In this document: one piece after another, positions 20,867 through 30,290 of the stretch | Layout: each line of letters begins with the position of its first letter | Position numbering within the stretch: position 1 is the stretch's first letter | Source of the DNA: a virus | Lineage: Duplodnaviria; Caudoviricetes | IMG/VR virus record: IMGVR_UViG_3300037067_008519 | Location: 1 to 64,000 of that record | Length of the DNA: 64,000 bases | Direction: 5' to 3' (one strand) | Translations under genes and position numbers: made by a program | The notes under the pieces: model-generated | Databases searched by the model: none | What the model was told of the DNA's origin: nothing | The model's input: the letters and a program-made list of their open reading frames with translations, nothing else

Positions 20867-21032
20867 TTTTATAATACCCCTTCCATTTAAATGCCGATGG
20901 TTTTTGTGATGATAAAATTCCACAATAGTCACAATTAAAATAAATCTGTTTTCTATTTGAATCCCCAATTTTCTTTTTTGTTTCTTCAGAATGTTTATGC
21001 CTTAATTGAAATCCTTTTATTCTTGTTGACAT
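20823..21032 (-). pseudogene. Truncated NUMOD3-type homing endonuclease remnant
   Basis: KHSEETKKKIG plus CDYCG, then no nuclease domain; runs into the GT2 gene. Confidence 0.55.
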
Positions 21033-21403
21033 TCAGGTTCTCCTAAATTATTTGATTCATATATGTTTCCAATGACTTCTATATCTTCGGCAATACAAGA
21101 TTCACCTAGCCAGTAAAAAATATCTTCAAGGTTTTCTACAACTGTGCCATCTTCTCCACCACGATAACCATATCCCCAACTTGCTTTTACAATATCTTTT
21201 TCATAAATCTCTTTGCCCCTACAATCCTTGAGGCCGGTAAATTGCATGATGTCAGCCCCGGTGAGGCCCGCCCATGTTGAGCAACCCTTCGCATTCCCGG
21301 TGACCATGAAGCCATAGGTTTCCTTGTCCAGGTCATCCCAGAGCAGGCCCACTTTCTCTATCATCTGACCTTCAAACCACGCTCGGAATTTAATCTCTCT
21401 CAT
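21017..21403 (-). CDS. YopX family protein
   Basis: MREIKFRAW, MQFTGLKDCRGKEIYEKD, EVIGNIYE. Confidence 0.88.
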   Translation of the reverse strand: MREIKFRAWFEGQMIEKVGLLWDDLDKETYGFMVTGNAKGCSTWAGLTGADIMQFTGLKDCRGKEIYEKDIVKASWGYGYRGGEDGTVVENLEDIFYWLGESCIAEDIEVIGNIYESNNLGEPECQQE

Positions 21404-23544
21404 TAGAAATACCTCCACTCGAAAAGACTCATCATATCCTCATAAAGATTATCATATTTTGCTCCTACCCTTTCCCAACAATTTTCATTAGTCCAAATTT
21501 GTAATTCTTCTGAATAGTGTTTATAATTTTTAAAGTTTAAAACAGAATTAATAATTACTTCGGGTAGATTATTTGGAATTTTAAATAATGCTTTTTTACT
21601 ATCTGCAAAAAAACTTATATCAGTAGTTATCATAGGGGTGCAAGAAGCTACACAAGTTTTTGCCGCTGCTGAGATTCCTTTTTGATTTCTAAACTCGGCA
21701 TAAGGAAGAACTATAAGATCAGCTTCCTCATGGAGCATACGGACTATTTCAGTTTCTTCTATATAATCATCAACCCAAGTTAAGTTCTTCAATTCTAGTG
21801 TTTCTATTATTCTTTTGAAACGGCTGGCTGCAATTTCCGAAGTTTCATTTCCTTCTTGGATTGAACTGAGTAACAACCAATTGTATCCAAAATATTCTAG
21901 CTGTTTCATAGCTACTGCTAATTCTATAAAACCTTTCTGCGGAAACATTAATCCAAAGGAAGCTATAGTCTTAATTTTTTCTATATCTTTATTTTTATAG
22001 TCATAATTTTTAATTCCCATCGGCATAACTTTGACTTTATCAGATTTAATAAACGCTTCTTTCATTTCTTTGCTGTGGACTATTACTAAATCAAAATTAT
22101 CTAGAACGGCTCGGTTGAAGTCATAAAGTCTTGGTTCTATTGAATGGATAGTGGCTATCCTTTTCTTATCGGGGAAAGCGTAGAAACAACGTTTAAATGT
22201 AATAGGGTTCCAAAGACCATACTCAATTTGAAAATGAAGAATATTAACATCCCTCATTATTTCAGGCGGCAAGATAGGAGAATCAAAAACCCCTAGATTT
22301 ATTTCAGGGTCAAGACTATTAGCAAGATTAACTGTGTATTCAGCTATACCACATCTTTTACCGAGACTAGGAACAATTTGAACAACTTTTGGTTTAGTAT
22401 TAAGAGGAAAAGAAACCAATTTATATTTTGGACGGTCATATATTATTCTTTTCATATTATTAATAATATTAATTGCTGTATGGTTCCAAGTGAATTCCTG
22501 CGCTCTTAGCGCGGCCTTTTGTCCTTTTTGTTTTAACTCTTCTCTATTGTTATAACAGTTTCTTAGAATATCTACAAAATCATCTACATCTGGTACAGCC
22601 CACTTGCTTCCTTTATAAAATTTGTCATTAGCTATCCCTAACATTGGAACTTCTTCAAAATCTTTAATCTTCACAAAATAACTATCTTCTAAAGTCATAA
22701 AATCAAGATGCGCCGACCAATTAGGGGCTACCACAGGAGTTCCACAAGCCATAGCTTCATTAGCTGGAAGATTCCAACCTTCCCCATGAGTCATAGTAAT
22801 ATAAAGATCAGAAGCCTTATAGAGACTCGCAAGCATTTCGGGTGGAATAGGTTCCATTAGCAACATTATTTCTGGGGGCTTTTTAAAATTTTCTTTTATA
22901 CTATTTATTGTCTCTGCAATTTCTTGTAGTATTTGTGGCCTTCCAAAATTATAAGTTCTAATAATAAGAACTACATCTTCTTGATAATCAAATGCTTTAT
23001 AATATCCTTCTATTAAGGCTTTCGGATTCTTTCTTTCGCTCCATTCAAAATTACTAAAAAGTATGAATTTATCTTCCATGTTTAAATTCAGTTGAGGAAC
23101 ATCAATATTAAAAATATCATCATTTATTCCTAATGGTACAATATTAATTTTTCCTACATCCACACCAGATCGCATAAAAGTATAATAATTAAATTTAGAG
23201 GGAACCCAAACTTCATCTATTGCATTACAAAATCTTACCCAATCGGGAGTTATCCTATCACTTTCTAGCATAGTAAGTCCTATACTATATCTATCGGCGG
23301 GATTAGAGAACATGTCGGGAAGCCAACAGGTAAGAACGGGGCATTCACCCATCTCTGGAGATTTGGATTGTTCAATAATAAGGTCAACTAAATCTCGGTC
23401 GTAAGCAAACTGAGGAACCCTGAGTCTGGACATATTTTCTAATTTTACATTAATGCCTTTTTTGTATAAGTGTCTGAATATATTTCTAGTGGTTGTAGCA
23501 TATCCTGATGGTTCAAAAACCAATCCCCTGAGATAAAGGTCCAT
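21403..23544 (-). CDS. Double-domain GT4 (GT-B) glycosyltransferase
   Basis: First module SGYA, ERKN, GEGWNLPANEAMACGTPV; second module CGIAEYT, FGLMFPQKG, VLPY, PMITTD. Confidence 0.88.
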   Translation of the reverse strand: MDLYLRGLVFEPSGYATTTRNIFRHLYKKGINVKLENMSRLRVPQFAYDRDLVDLIIEQSKSPEMGECPVLTCWLPDMFSNPADRYSIGLTMLESDRITPDWVRFCNAIDEVWVPSKFNYYTFMRSGVDVGKINIVPLGINDDIFNIDVPQLNLNMEDKFILFSNFEWSERKNPKALIEGYYKAFDYQEDVVLIIRTYNFGRPQILQEIAETINSIKENFKKPPEIMLLMEPIPPEMLASLYKASDLYITMTHGEGWNLPANEAMACGTPVVAPNWSAHLDFMTLEDSYFVKIKDFEEVPMLGIANDKFYKGSKWAVPDVDDFVDILRNCYNNREELKQKGQKAALRAQEFTWNHTAINIINNMKRIIYDRPKYKLVSFPLNTKPKVVQIVPSLGKRCGIAEYTVNLANSLDPEINLGVFDSPILPPEIMRDVNILHFQIEYGLWNPITFKRCFYAFPDKKRIATIHSIEPRLYDFNRAVLDNFDLVIVHSKEMKEAFIKSDKVKVMPMGIKNYDYKNKDIEKIKTIASFGLMFPQKGFIELAVAMKQLEYFGYNWLLLSSIQEGNETSEIAASRFKRIIETLELKNLTWVDDYIEETEIVRMLHEEADLIVLPYAEFRNQKGISAAAKTCVASCTPMITTDISFFADSKKALFKIPNNLPEVIINSVLNFKNYKHYSEELQIWTNENCWERVGAKYDNLYEDMMSLFEWRYF

Positions 23545-23547
23545 AAA

Positions 23548-24468
23548 TTAAATCTCCATTAGTTTCATCAATGTGACGAGGATTGTTAGCTCATCATCTT
23601 TAGTATAGTCAAAGTTAAGACAAGACTCACAAAGAATCTCAAACATCTTCCTTCTTCGGTCATTAAACTCAAATTTCTTTAATGTATTAATCATTTCAAA
23701 CATAAGGCTTCTTGCGCCGGTTCCTTCTTGTTTAATTTCCCTAGCAAAGTTAATTAGGGATTCTACATCCTTTTTCTTAATTATCTCAAATGCACTTTTG
23801 ACTGTCTTCTCTGGCGGCAATCCAAAAACATCCCTAAGACTATTAGCATCAATAGAATCAGAATAAAGACTAACCTGCTCAAGACCATTTAAAGCATCTC
23901 GTAGTGATCCATCAGAAAGTTTAACTAAGGCAGAAACCCCATCTTCGGAAATTTTAATCTTCTTTTTCTTAGCTACATGAACAATATATTTTTCCATAAT
24001 ATCATCTGGAATAGGATGAAAGTTAAATTTGTAGCATCTAGACAAAATTGTTTTAGGAACTTTACTAAGTTCTGTAGTACAGAGGACAATAGTCATGTAC
24101 TCTGGCGGTTCCTCTAAAAGTTTCAGCAATGCCTCAAAAGCCTGTGATGTAATTTGATGAAATTCATCAATGATAACTACCAGTTTTCCATCGGCAGGAA
24201 CATACTTACTCCTATCCTGAAGCTCTCTAGCATTATCTATTCCTCGATTGGATGCTCCATCAATCTCTAGTGGATTTGTACACCCCAACTCATTAGCCAC
24301 TATTCTTGCTACCGAAGTCTTTCCCGACCCCCTAGGGCCAACAAAAAGTATAGTATTAGGAACTTGATTTTTTTCAAAAGCTTGTGCTAAGATATTGACA
24401 ATATGATTTTGTCCAATGACCTCATCAAACTTAGTTGGCCTCAGTTCATTTGCAAGAATTTTAATCAT
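23548..24468 (-). CDS. dnaX: DNA polymerase III gamma/tau-like clamp loader ATPase
   Basis: RPTKFDEVIGQ, GPRGSGKTS, EIDGASNRG, IIDEFH, LLKLLEEPP, TILSRC, GSLRDA. Confidence 0.9.
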   Translation of the reverse strand: MIKILANELRPTKFDEVIGQNHIVNILAQAFEKNQVPNTILFVGPRGSGKTSVARIVANELGCTNPLEIDGASNRGIDNARELQDRSKYVPADGKLVVIIDEFHQITSQAFEALLKLLEEPPEYMTIVLCTTELSKVPKTILSRCYKFNFHPIPDDIMEKYIVHVAKKKKIKISEDGVSALVKLSDGSLRDALNGLEQVSLYSDSIDANSLRDVFGLPPEKTVKSAFEIIKKKDVESLINFAREIKQEGTGARSLMFEMINTLKKFEFNDRRRKMFEILCESCLNFDYTKDDELTILVTLMKLMEI

Positions 24469-24510
24469 CTCCTTTTCCTCTAAGAAAGAATATATAATTT
24501 ACGTATCTTC

Positions 24511-24539
24511 ATTATAAACTGTTTTTTCCAATTTGTCAA
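24511..24539 (-). promoter_or_regulatory. Consensus sigma70 promoter for the dnaX-glycosylation operon
   Basis: Perfect TTGACA-N17-TATAAT. Confidence 0.8.
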
Positions 24540-24564
24540 GTTTTTTACACGTTTTTTATTATGA

Positions 24565-24591
24565 TAAAAAGAATGCACCCATAGGTGCATT
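24565..24591 (-). terminator. Probable intrinsic terminator
   Basis: Minus strand AATGCACC-TATG-GGTGCATT followed by CTTTTT. Confidence 0.6.
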
Positions 24592-24881
24592 TGGTTGAGA
24601 TTTCAACATAGACTAATCCTTTAAAGCCCCTTCGGGCTTGAACCCTGCTGGGTTCGTCATTCTTAATTATTACTCGTCCCTAATTTTTTGGGACATTCCA
24701 AAGGCGTTGGGTTTTCAATTTTAGTCAAAATAAAAAATCCAAATTTAAGGAAATATAACCTCTATACAGGTACTTTTCTCATTTCTTCTCAGAGCGCGGC
24801 TTGTATATTGACCGCAGTATGAGTCTATCGCCCTGACTCACCCTTCAGAAAAGGCCATATAGATTTTTTACTTATATCTTG

Positions 24882-25202
24882 TTAGTCTGTTTTGTTTATT
24901 TCAAAAGCATGAAGTATTTCATTTTCTGACATGTTTCCTGCCAGATGTGCTTTAAACATTTTTCGTTTTTCATCTCTAGAAAATGTAAACCAAGTTTCCT
25001 TGCCATAAAGTTTTTTGATTTTTTCAGAAAAGAGATAAAATAATTCTTCCATCAAAGGAGAATCAAAATTATCTAATTTTTTGTAAGGATTGTGGGGTTT
25101 TGTAAAACTATCATTTTTTGTACCATCAAACTTTTTATTGACATTAGTTGATGCCGCAGATGGAGTTTCTTTATATGGTTTTCCTTTATAATATGAACCC
25201 AT
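24882..25202 (-). CDS. Hypothetical protein
   Basis: GAAGGA RBS and its own promoter. Confidence 0.6.
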   Translation of the reverse strand: MGSYYKGKPYKETPSAASTNVNKKFDGTKNDSFTKPHNPYKKLDNFDSPLMEELFYLFSEKIKKLYGKETWFTFSRDEKRKMFKAHLAGNMSENEILHAFEINKTD

Positions 25203-25241
25203 AATATCCTTCTCTGTTAATTTCTAAAATATGATGTTTTC

Positions 25242-25270
25242 ATGCTACCATACTCGTTTTCATTTGTCAA
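25242..25270 (-). promoter_or_regulatory. Sigma70-type promoter
   Basis: TTGACA-N17-TAGCAT with TG extension. Confidence 0.6.
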
Positions 25271-25299
25271 GTTTTTTTAAGGCTTATTAATAGGTGTAA

Positions 25300-25334
25300 A
25301 AGTTGATAATTTAGAAAGATTTGGTGTTAATATA
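25300..25334 (+). promoter_or_regulatory. Putative late promoter, copy 1
   Basis: AAGTTGATAATTTAGAAAGATTTGGTGTTAATATA; conserved at 36049 and 39520. Confidence 0.75.
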
Positions 25335-25362
25335 AGTTAGAGATACATTTTTTAGGAAGAGG

Positions 25363-25569
25363 ATGGTAAAGGTGAAATGTTATAATTGCTTTCCTAAAGA
25401 TTTCTGTGAAGAAGAACATTGCTCCGACTATGAGAAATGTAGGATAAGAACAATGTTGGGAATTTCCACAATCTGTACGGAAGAAGAAAAACAATATAAC
25501 ACCAGAAATTTGAAATTTTTCTTAGGAGAAGGAAAGGAAAAAATTGAGAATTTTGATTTTGGGCGATAG
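25363..25569 (+). CDS. Small Cys-rich protein
   Basis: First ORF after the putative late promoter. Confidence 0.55.
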   Translation: MVKVKCYNCFPKDFCEEEHCSDYEKCRIRTMLGISTICTEEEKQYNTRNLKFFLGEGKEKIENFDFGR

Positions 25570-26725
25570 TGCTCATTTAAAGTCAGGGTACGCAAATATC
25601 ATCAGGGAAATTGGAAGAGGTCTTGTAAAAGAAGGACATGAGGTAGCACAGATAGGATGGTACCAGTCAGAAGCAGCTAATGATGAAGAAATAGGATTCC
25701 CTATTTACCCGATTAATTCAGACGATCCTTATGGGATTAAGAATTTTGATTCTATAGTTTATAAGTTTAAGCCTGACATTGTTTTTGGAGTACAAGATCC
25801 TTATGCCTTAGTATGGCTTCCTAATATGATGACTAGAAATAGGTTTAAATTTTGTTTTTATGTTCCTATAGATTCTGGACCAATCCCCTCTTTTTGGTTT
25901 CCTCTTTTGAGAAATGCAGACAAATTAATTGGGTTTTGTAATTTTGCAAGAGAAGAAGTTAAAAAGAGTTTACATATAGAAATTTCAGTAGTCTATCCAG
26001 GCTATGATTCTAATATATTTTTTGAAATGAATGATGGTAAGGATACAATAAAAGAGAGAAATGGATTTAAAGATGACTTTGTTTTTGGATATGTTGGTGT
26101 TAATGCTGTTAGGAAACAACCCTATAGACTAATTGAAGCCTTTTCTAAAGTAAAAAAGAAGCATCCCAATACAAAATTATTTATGCATACTCAAGTAGTT
26201 AATGAAAAAGAGGGATGGAATCTTAATGAAGCAGCGGTACAGACGGGACTAAAACCTAATGATGTTTTATTTAGTTCATCTGCTGGGCCATTTGGAATAG
26301 AAATAGAGAAGATGAATTTGATTTATAATTTATTTGATGTACTTTGTTTGCCGAGCAATAGTGAAGGTTTTGGGCTTCCAATTTTGGAAGCGGCGGCTTG
26401 TGGAGTTCCAACAATTGCTACAAATTATTCTTCAATGCCAGAATTAATAGAAGGGCACGGAGAATTAGTAAAACCTCGGGATTGGATAATGCATAATCCT
26501 TATTGTCAAAAAAGGGCTTTAATAGATATTGATTCTTTAGCTTCTCGGATGTGTAAGATGGTAGAGAACAAACAACTATTAAATCAATATTCTAAGAAAG
26601 TTAAAGAGTGGGCATCAAAGTATACTTGGGATAAACAAATAGGAAAATTTATTCAAGAAATTATTACTACAGAAAGGAATTTAGAGGAAAGAAAAATAGA
26701 AAAGTTTTCCCTCCTTAAAATATAA
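25544..26725 (+). CDS. GT4 (GT-B) glycosyltransferase
   Basis: SGYA, RKQ, SEGFGLPILEAAACGVP. Confidence 0.9.
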   Translation: MRILILGDSAHLKSGYANIIREIGRGLVKEGHEVAQIGWYQSEAANDEEIGFPIYPINSDDPYGIKNFDSIVYKFKPDIVFGVQDPYALVWLPNMMTRNRFKFCFYVPIDSGPIPSFWFPLLRNADKLIGFCNFAREEVKKSLHIEISVVYPGYDSNIFFEMNDGKDTIKERNGFKDDFVFGYVGVNAVRKQPYRLIEAFSKVKKKHPNTKLFMHTQVVNEKEGWNLNEAAVQTGLKPNDVLFSSSAGPFGIEIEKMNLIYNLFDVLCLPSNSEGFGLPILEAAACGVPTIATNYSSMPELIEGHGELVKPRDWIMHNPYCQKRALIDIDSLASRMCKMVENKQLLNQYSKKVKEWASKYTWDKQIGKFIQEIITTERNLEERKIEKFSLLKI

Positions 26726-27531
26726 TGGGTACTGAAGAACAACCTAGGACTTTGCTTACCGAGGCACAAATAGAAAAGTTTGCAAATAAGAAGTGGGATA
26801 TAGATTTAATTGATACCGAGGGTAAAGTTTTTGCGGAAGAACGTTCGCAAGAATCTAAAGAGAAATCTCTCCGAAATCTAAGACCTGTTGCGAAGAAACC
26901 AAATGAAGAAGAAATTGCTGAAGAGATTGCACCGGAATTAGAAGATTTAGCTTATCTTTCTGCTGTTGGTATTTTAAATCCCGATGAGAAAAAATATTTT
27001 AAGAGTCAATGGAATAAGTATATGAAAGATTATAATATTCAGACAGCCGCAGAACAAAGTTTTGTGGTTGATATTATTATGGAAGAAATAACTGCTAACA
27101 AATTGAGAACTACTTATTATAAGAAAGATAATCCTCCGATTAACTTAGATGAACAGCTCAAGAAGTGTTCGGAGAGGAAGGACAAGGCATATAATAAATT
27201 AGCTGCTTTTAAGAAAGAAAAATGGAGTGATATAGAAGAAGCTAAAAGTTTAGCCCAATTAATATTAGAGGCAGATAAAAGAGCAAGGCTTTTTGAAGAA
27301 AAGGAACCAGAATATCTTAAAGAAGAAGAAGAGTTGCTTGGTAAGAATATGAAGCAATTTGAGATAGATTTGTTGGAAGCAGAACAGGGTCATATGGACC
27401 AAGAAATTATAGAAAGGGCAGAGTCTATTAGGACGGAAACTCCCCCTCCCCCGCCAATGGAGCCGGAAAAGCAAGTTTATGGAATTTATAATTATATTTC
27501 ATTATCCGGTAGACAACCAACAAAAAAGTGA
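26725..27531 (+). CDS. Putative terminase small subunit
   Basis: Helical acidic protein directly upstream of and overlapping TerL; positional call. Confidence 0.55.
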   Translation: MGTEEQPRTLLTEAQIEKFANKKWDIDLIDTEGKVFAEERSQESKEKSLRNLRPVAKKPNEEEIAEEIAPELEDLAYLSAVGILNPDEKKYFKSQWNKYMKDYNIQTAAEQSFVVDIIMEEITANKLRTTYYKKDNPPINLDEQLKKCSERKDKAYNKLAAFKKEKWSDIEEAKSLAQLILEADKRARLFEEKEPEYLKEEEELLGKNMKQFEIDLLEAEQGHMDQEIIERAESIRTETPPPPPMEPEKQVYGIYNYISLSGRQPTKK

Positions 27532-29108
27532 AATTAAACTATAATAAATTTGATGAAACATTAAAATACTGGAGAGAACATCCCGTTTTTGCTGCTGAAG
27601 ATATTTTAGATCATCCTTTAGCCCCCCATCAAAGAATAGCATTTAAGGGAATGTGGGAAGCTAAATGGGTATTAAACATATGGGGGCGCGGAATTGGGAA
27701 GAGTCGGATAGATGCTGCTTATTCTTTATTAAGAGCTGTTCTTTATTCAAGGGAAAAAATTGTAATTGTGGCTCCATCTTTTAGACAATCTATTCTAGTT
27801 TTTTCTGAAATTGAAAATATTGTTGACAATCACCCTATACTAAAAAACAACTTTAAGCGTTGGCCCCCTACTCATAATACACTTCAATATAGAGCAGAAC
27901 TTTTAAATGGTTCAACAATTATAGCTTTACCAATGGGTTCCGATGGTGCAAAGATTAGAGGAATTCGAGCCACCGTGATTATTATTGATGAGGCTAGAGA
28001 AGTTGATAAAGAAGTAATGGAGAATGTTATTATTCCCTTTATGGTTTCTAATAAAAATTTTATGGGAAAGTATTTAGGTAAACAGGACAATAAAGAAAAA
28101 AATATTTTAATTCTTTCAACATCGGCTTATTATCAATTTAATCATATTTATGAGAGGTATTTGCTTTATATAAGTGAAATATTGAAAGGGAATAAAAACT
28201 ATTGTGTAACTTCTTTTGATGTTTATGATGCTCCTGATGGGGCTGTTGATATGGAAGTAGTTGAACTTCAAAAGAAAACTATGTCAGAATTAGAATTTGC
28301 TATGGAATATCTTGCAAAGATGCCGAAGGACAGTATGGGATTTTATCCAGCTAGTATGCTTAACCGATGTAGGACTAGATTTGTAGAACCTCTCCAAAAA
28401 GGAAAACAAAGCAAAGAGTACATAATTGGGGTTGACCCTGGAGATACTTCTGGATTAGTTGTTTTAGAAAAAGATGGTTTGGAACTTAGTGTAGTCAGGG
28501 CCGAGGAGCTTCAAGTGAGGGAAGGACAATTAAGACAAAGAATTGATGATCTTCTTGATGCTTTTCCCGGCACTTCCCGTGTAGCTATGGAAACCCAAGG
28601 TGGGGGGAAAGCTGTTCAGGATTTATTTTTACAAGAAAGAACTTATATTAATAAAATGACAGGAGAACTTCAGAAAAAACCCCCCCTTCTTGCGATTGGG
28701 GATAAAGAAACAGAACATATCAGAGGAGAGAGAAAACTAGAAATGATTAATCCTCAGATTCAAAATATTGATGAAATGAACTATGACCTTAGAGCTAAAC
28801 TAGAACAACAATATATAAGATTTCCAGCTTCGGCGGGTATGAGAAAAAGGGAAGAAGATAAAAAATATGAAGGAAGTTATATGGAAGATTCTGACAAAAT
28901 GTATGCAAATATAACTGAATTAATTAGACAGATTACTAATGTTTCTACTAATGAAACCAAGAGAGGATATCTTAGTTTTGATACTCCTGCTGGGACAAGA
29001 AAAGACATATATTCAGCTTTGTTATATGCTTCTTGGGCGGCTGACCATCAAGATTTAACCCCCTCAAAAATAGTGTTACCTACAGGTGGATGGGTGCAAC
29101 GGAGATGA
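27528..29108 (+). CDS. Terminase large subunit
   Basis: PHQ, Walker A GRGIGKS, APSFRQS, IRGIRA, Walker B IIIDEA, FAMEY, nuclease IIGVDPG, KDIYSA. Confidence 0.92.
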   Translation: MKLNYNKFDETLKYWREHPVFAAEDILDHPLAPHQRIAFKGMWEAKWVLNIWGRGIGKSRIDAAYSLLRAVLYSREKIVIVAPSFRQSILVFSEIENIVDNHPILKNNFKRWPPTHNTLQYRAELLNGSTIIALPMGSDGAKIRGIRATVIIIDEAREVDKEVMENVIIPFMVSNKNFMGKYLGKQDNKEKNILILSTSAYYQFNHIYERYLLYISEILKGNKNYCVTSFDVYDAPDGAVDMEVVELQKKTMSELEFAMEYLAKMPKDSMGFYPASMLNRCRTRFVEPLQKGKQSKEYIIGVDPGDTSGLVVLEKDGLELSVVRAEELQVREGQLRQRIDDLLDAFPGTSRVAMETQGGGKAVQDLFLQERTYINKMTGELQKKPPLLAIGDKETEHIRGERKLEMINPQIQNIDEMNYDLRAKLEQQYIRFPASAGMRKREEDKKYEGSYMEDSDKMYANITELIRQITNVSTNETKRGYLSFDTPAGTRKDIYSALLYASWAADHQDLTPSKIVLPTGGWVQRR

Positions 29109-29379
29109 TAATTTGGTGGAATTGTATCAATTTAAAAAATCATTTTGGCAAGGAACAGATAGAAAAATATATTCCTGTATGGAACTTGTTGATGAGGAAA
29201 CATCAATTGAAGAAGCATATGAAAATAGTAAAGAATGTTATAATAATGGTTTTTTGTTATATTCTTTTCCTGCAAAATTATTTATTATTCATCCTAATCT
29301 TTTAGAGGTTTTGAAAATAATTTTTATGATTCCTGAATTTATAAAACAAGGGAACAAAGGAACTAATTATGCCAACTAA
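29086..29379 (+). CDS. Hypothetical protein
   Basis: ORF between TerL and the HNH gene. Confidence 0.5.
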   Translation: MDGCNGDDNLVELYQFKKSFWQGTDRKIYSCMELVDEETSIEEAYENSKECYNNGFLLYSFPAKLFIIHPNLLEVLKIIFMIPEFIKQGNKGTNYAN

Positions 29380-30076
29380 ATTTATTTGTAAGAGTTGTGG
29401 AAAAGAATTTGAAGACTCGAAAAGTAAAAATCGTAAATTTTGTAGTAAGGATTGTCATAATAAAAGTATGGAAGATAAAGTTGAAAAAATTTGTAAATAT
29501 TGTGGAGAAAAATTTTTAACATATAAATCCTTAAAAAAGTTTAATAGGGGTAAGTATTGCTCAACTAAATGTAAATATCTTGGAGACAGAAACGAGGTTA
29601 CGTTGGTTTGTGTTGTTTGCGGAAAATCTTATGAAAAAGCTAAGGTGGCTTCAGAAAACTCTAAATATTGTTCTCCACAATGTTCAGGAAAAGGAAGAAT
29701 TAAGACAGAAAAAAGAATATGTAAAGGATGTGGAGAAATATTTATTGTTTGCCCCTCCTCTAAAAATATATTTTGTTCTCATAATTGTTATTCTAATTTT
29801 ATAAAAGGAGAAAATAGTTATTTATGGAAAGGTGGAATAACCTCCGAAAGGGTAAAAGCTAGAACAAACCCCGAATATAATGAATGGAGAAAAAAAGTTT
29901 TTGCACGAGATAATTATACATGTGTTTATTGCGGAAATAGAAATCCCCTCCATGCTCACCACATTTTTAGTTTCGCGGATTTTCCTGAATTGAGATATGA
30001 AATTTATAATGGGGAAACTGTTTGTATATCATGTCATGAAAAAATTCATGGGAGGTCTTTTGCTCATGCCAAGTAG
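29369..30076 (+). CDS. HNH homing endonuclease with tandem CxxC...CSxxC zinc repeats
   Basis: Four CxxCG..FCS/YCS repeats; WKGG; RDNYTCVYCG...HAHHI...NGETVCISCHEKIH. Confidence 0.85.
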   Translation: MPTKFICKSCGKEFEDSKSKNRKFCSKDCHNKSMEDKVEKICKYCGEKFLTYKSLKKFNRGKYCSTKCKYLGDRNEVTLVCVVCGKSYEKAKVASENSKYCSPQCSGKGRIKTEKRICKGCGEIFIVCPSSKNIFCSHNCYSNFIKGENSYLWKGGITSERVKARTNPEYNEWRKKVFARDNYTCVYCGNRNPLHAHHIFSFADFPELRYEIYNGETVCISCHEKIHGRSFAHAK

Positions 30077-30290
30077 TATTATTCATAACAAAGTTGATGA
30101 GGCTAATTGGAAAAAAGCAAAGCAAGCGGCTCATAAATCTTATCCTAAAATGAAAGAAACCGATTCTAAATTTTGGAAAATTGTAATGACTATTTTTAAA
30201 AATATGAATAAAGAAGACAAAAATGAATCTAAGGCTTCTGAGGAACGCTGGATTGATCTTTTTTTAAAATATGAATGGAATATACACTAA
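30066..30290 (+). CDS. Small basic protein (ChaB-like helical hairpin)
   Basis: MPSSII...DEANWKKAKQAA...FWKIVMTIFKNM; start adjusted to ATG 30066. Confidence 0.5.
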   Translation: MPSSIIHNKVDEANWKKAKQAAHKSYPKMKETDSKFWKIVMTIFKNMNKEDKNESKASEERWIDLFLKYEWNIH

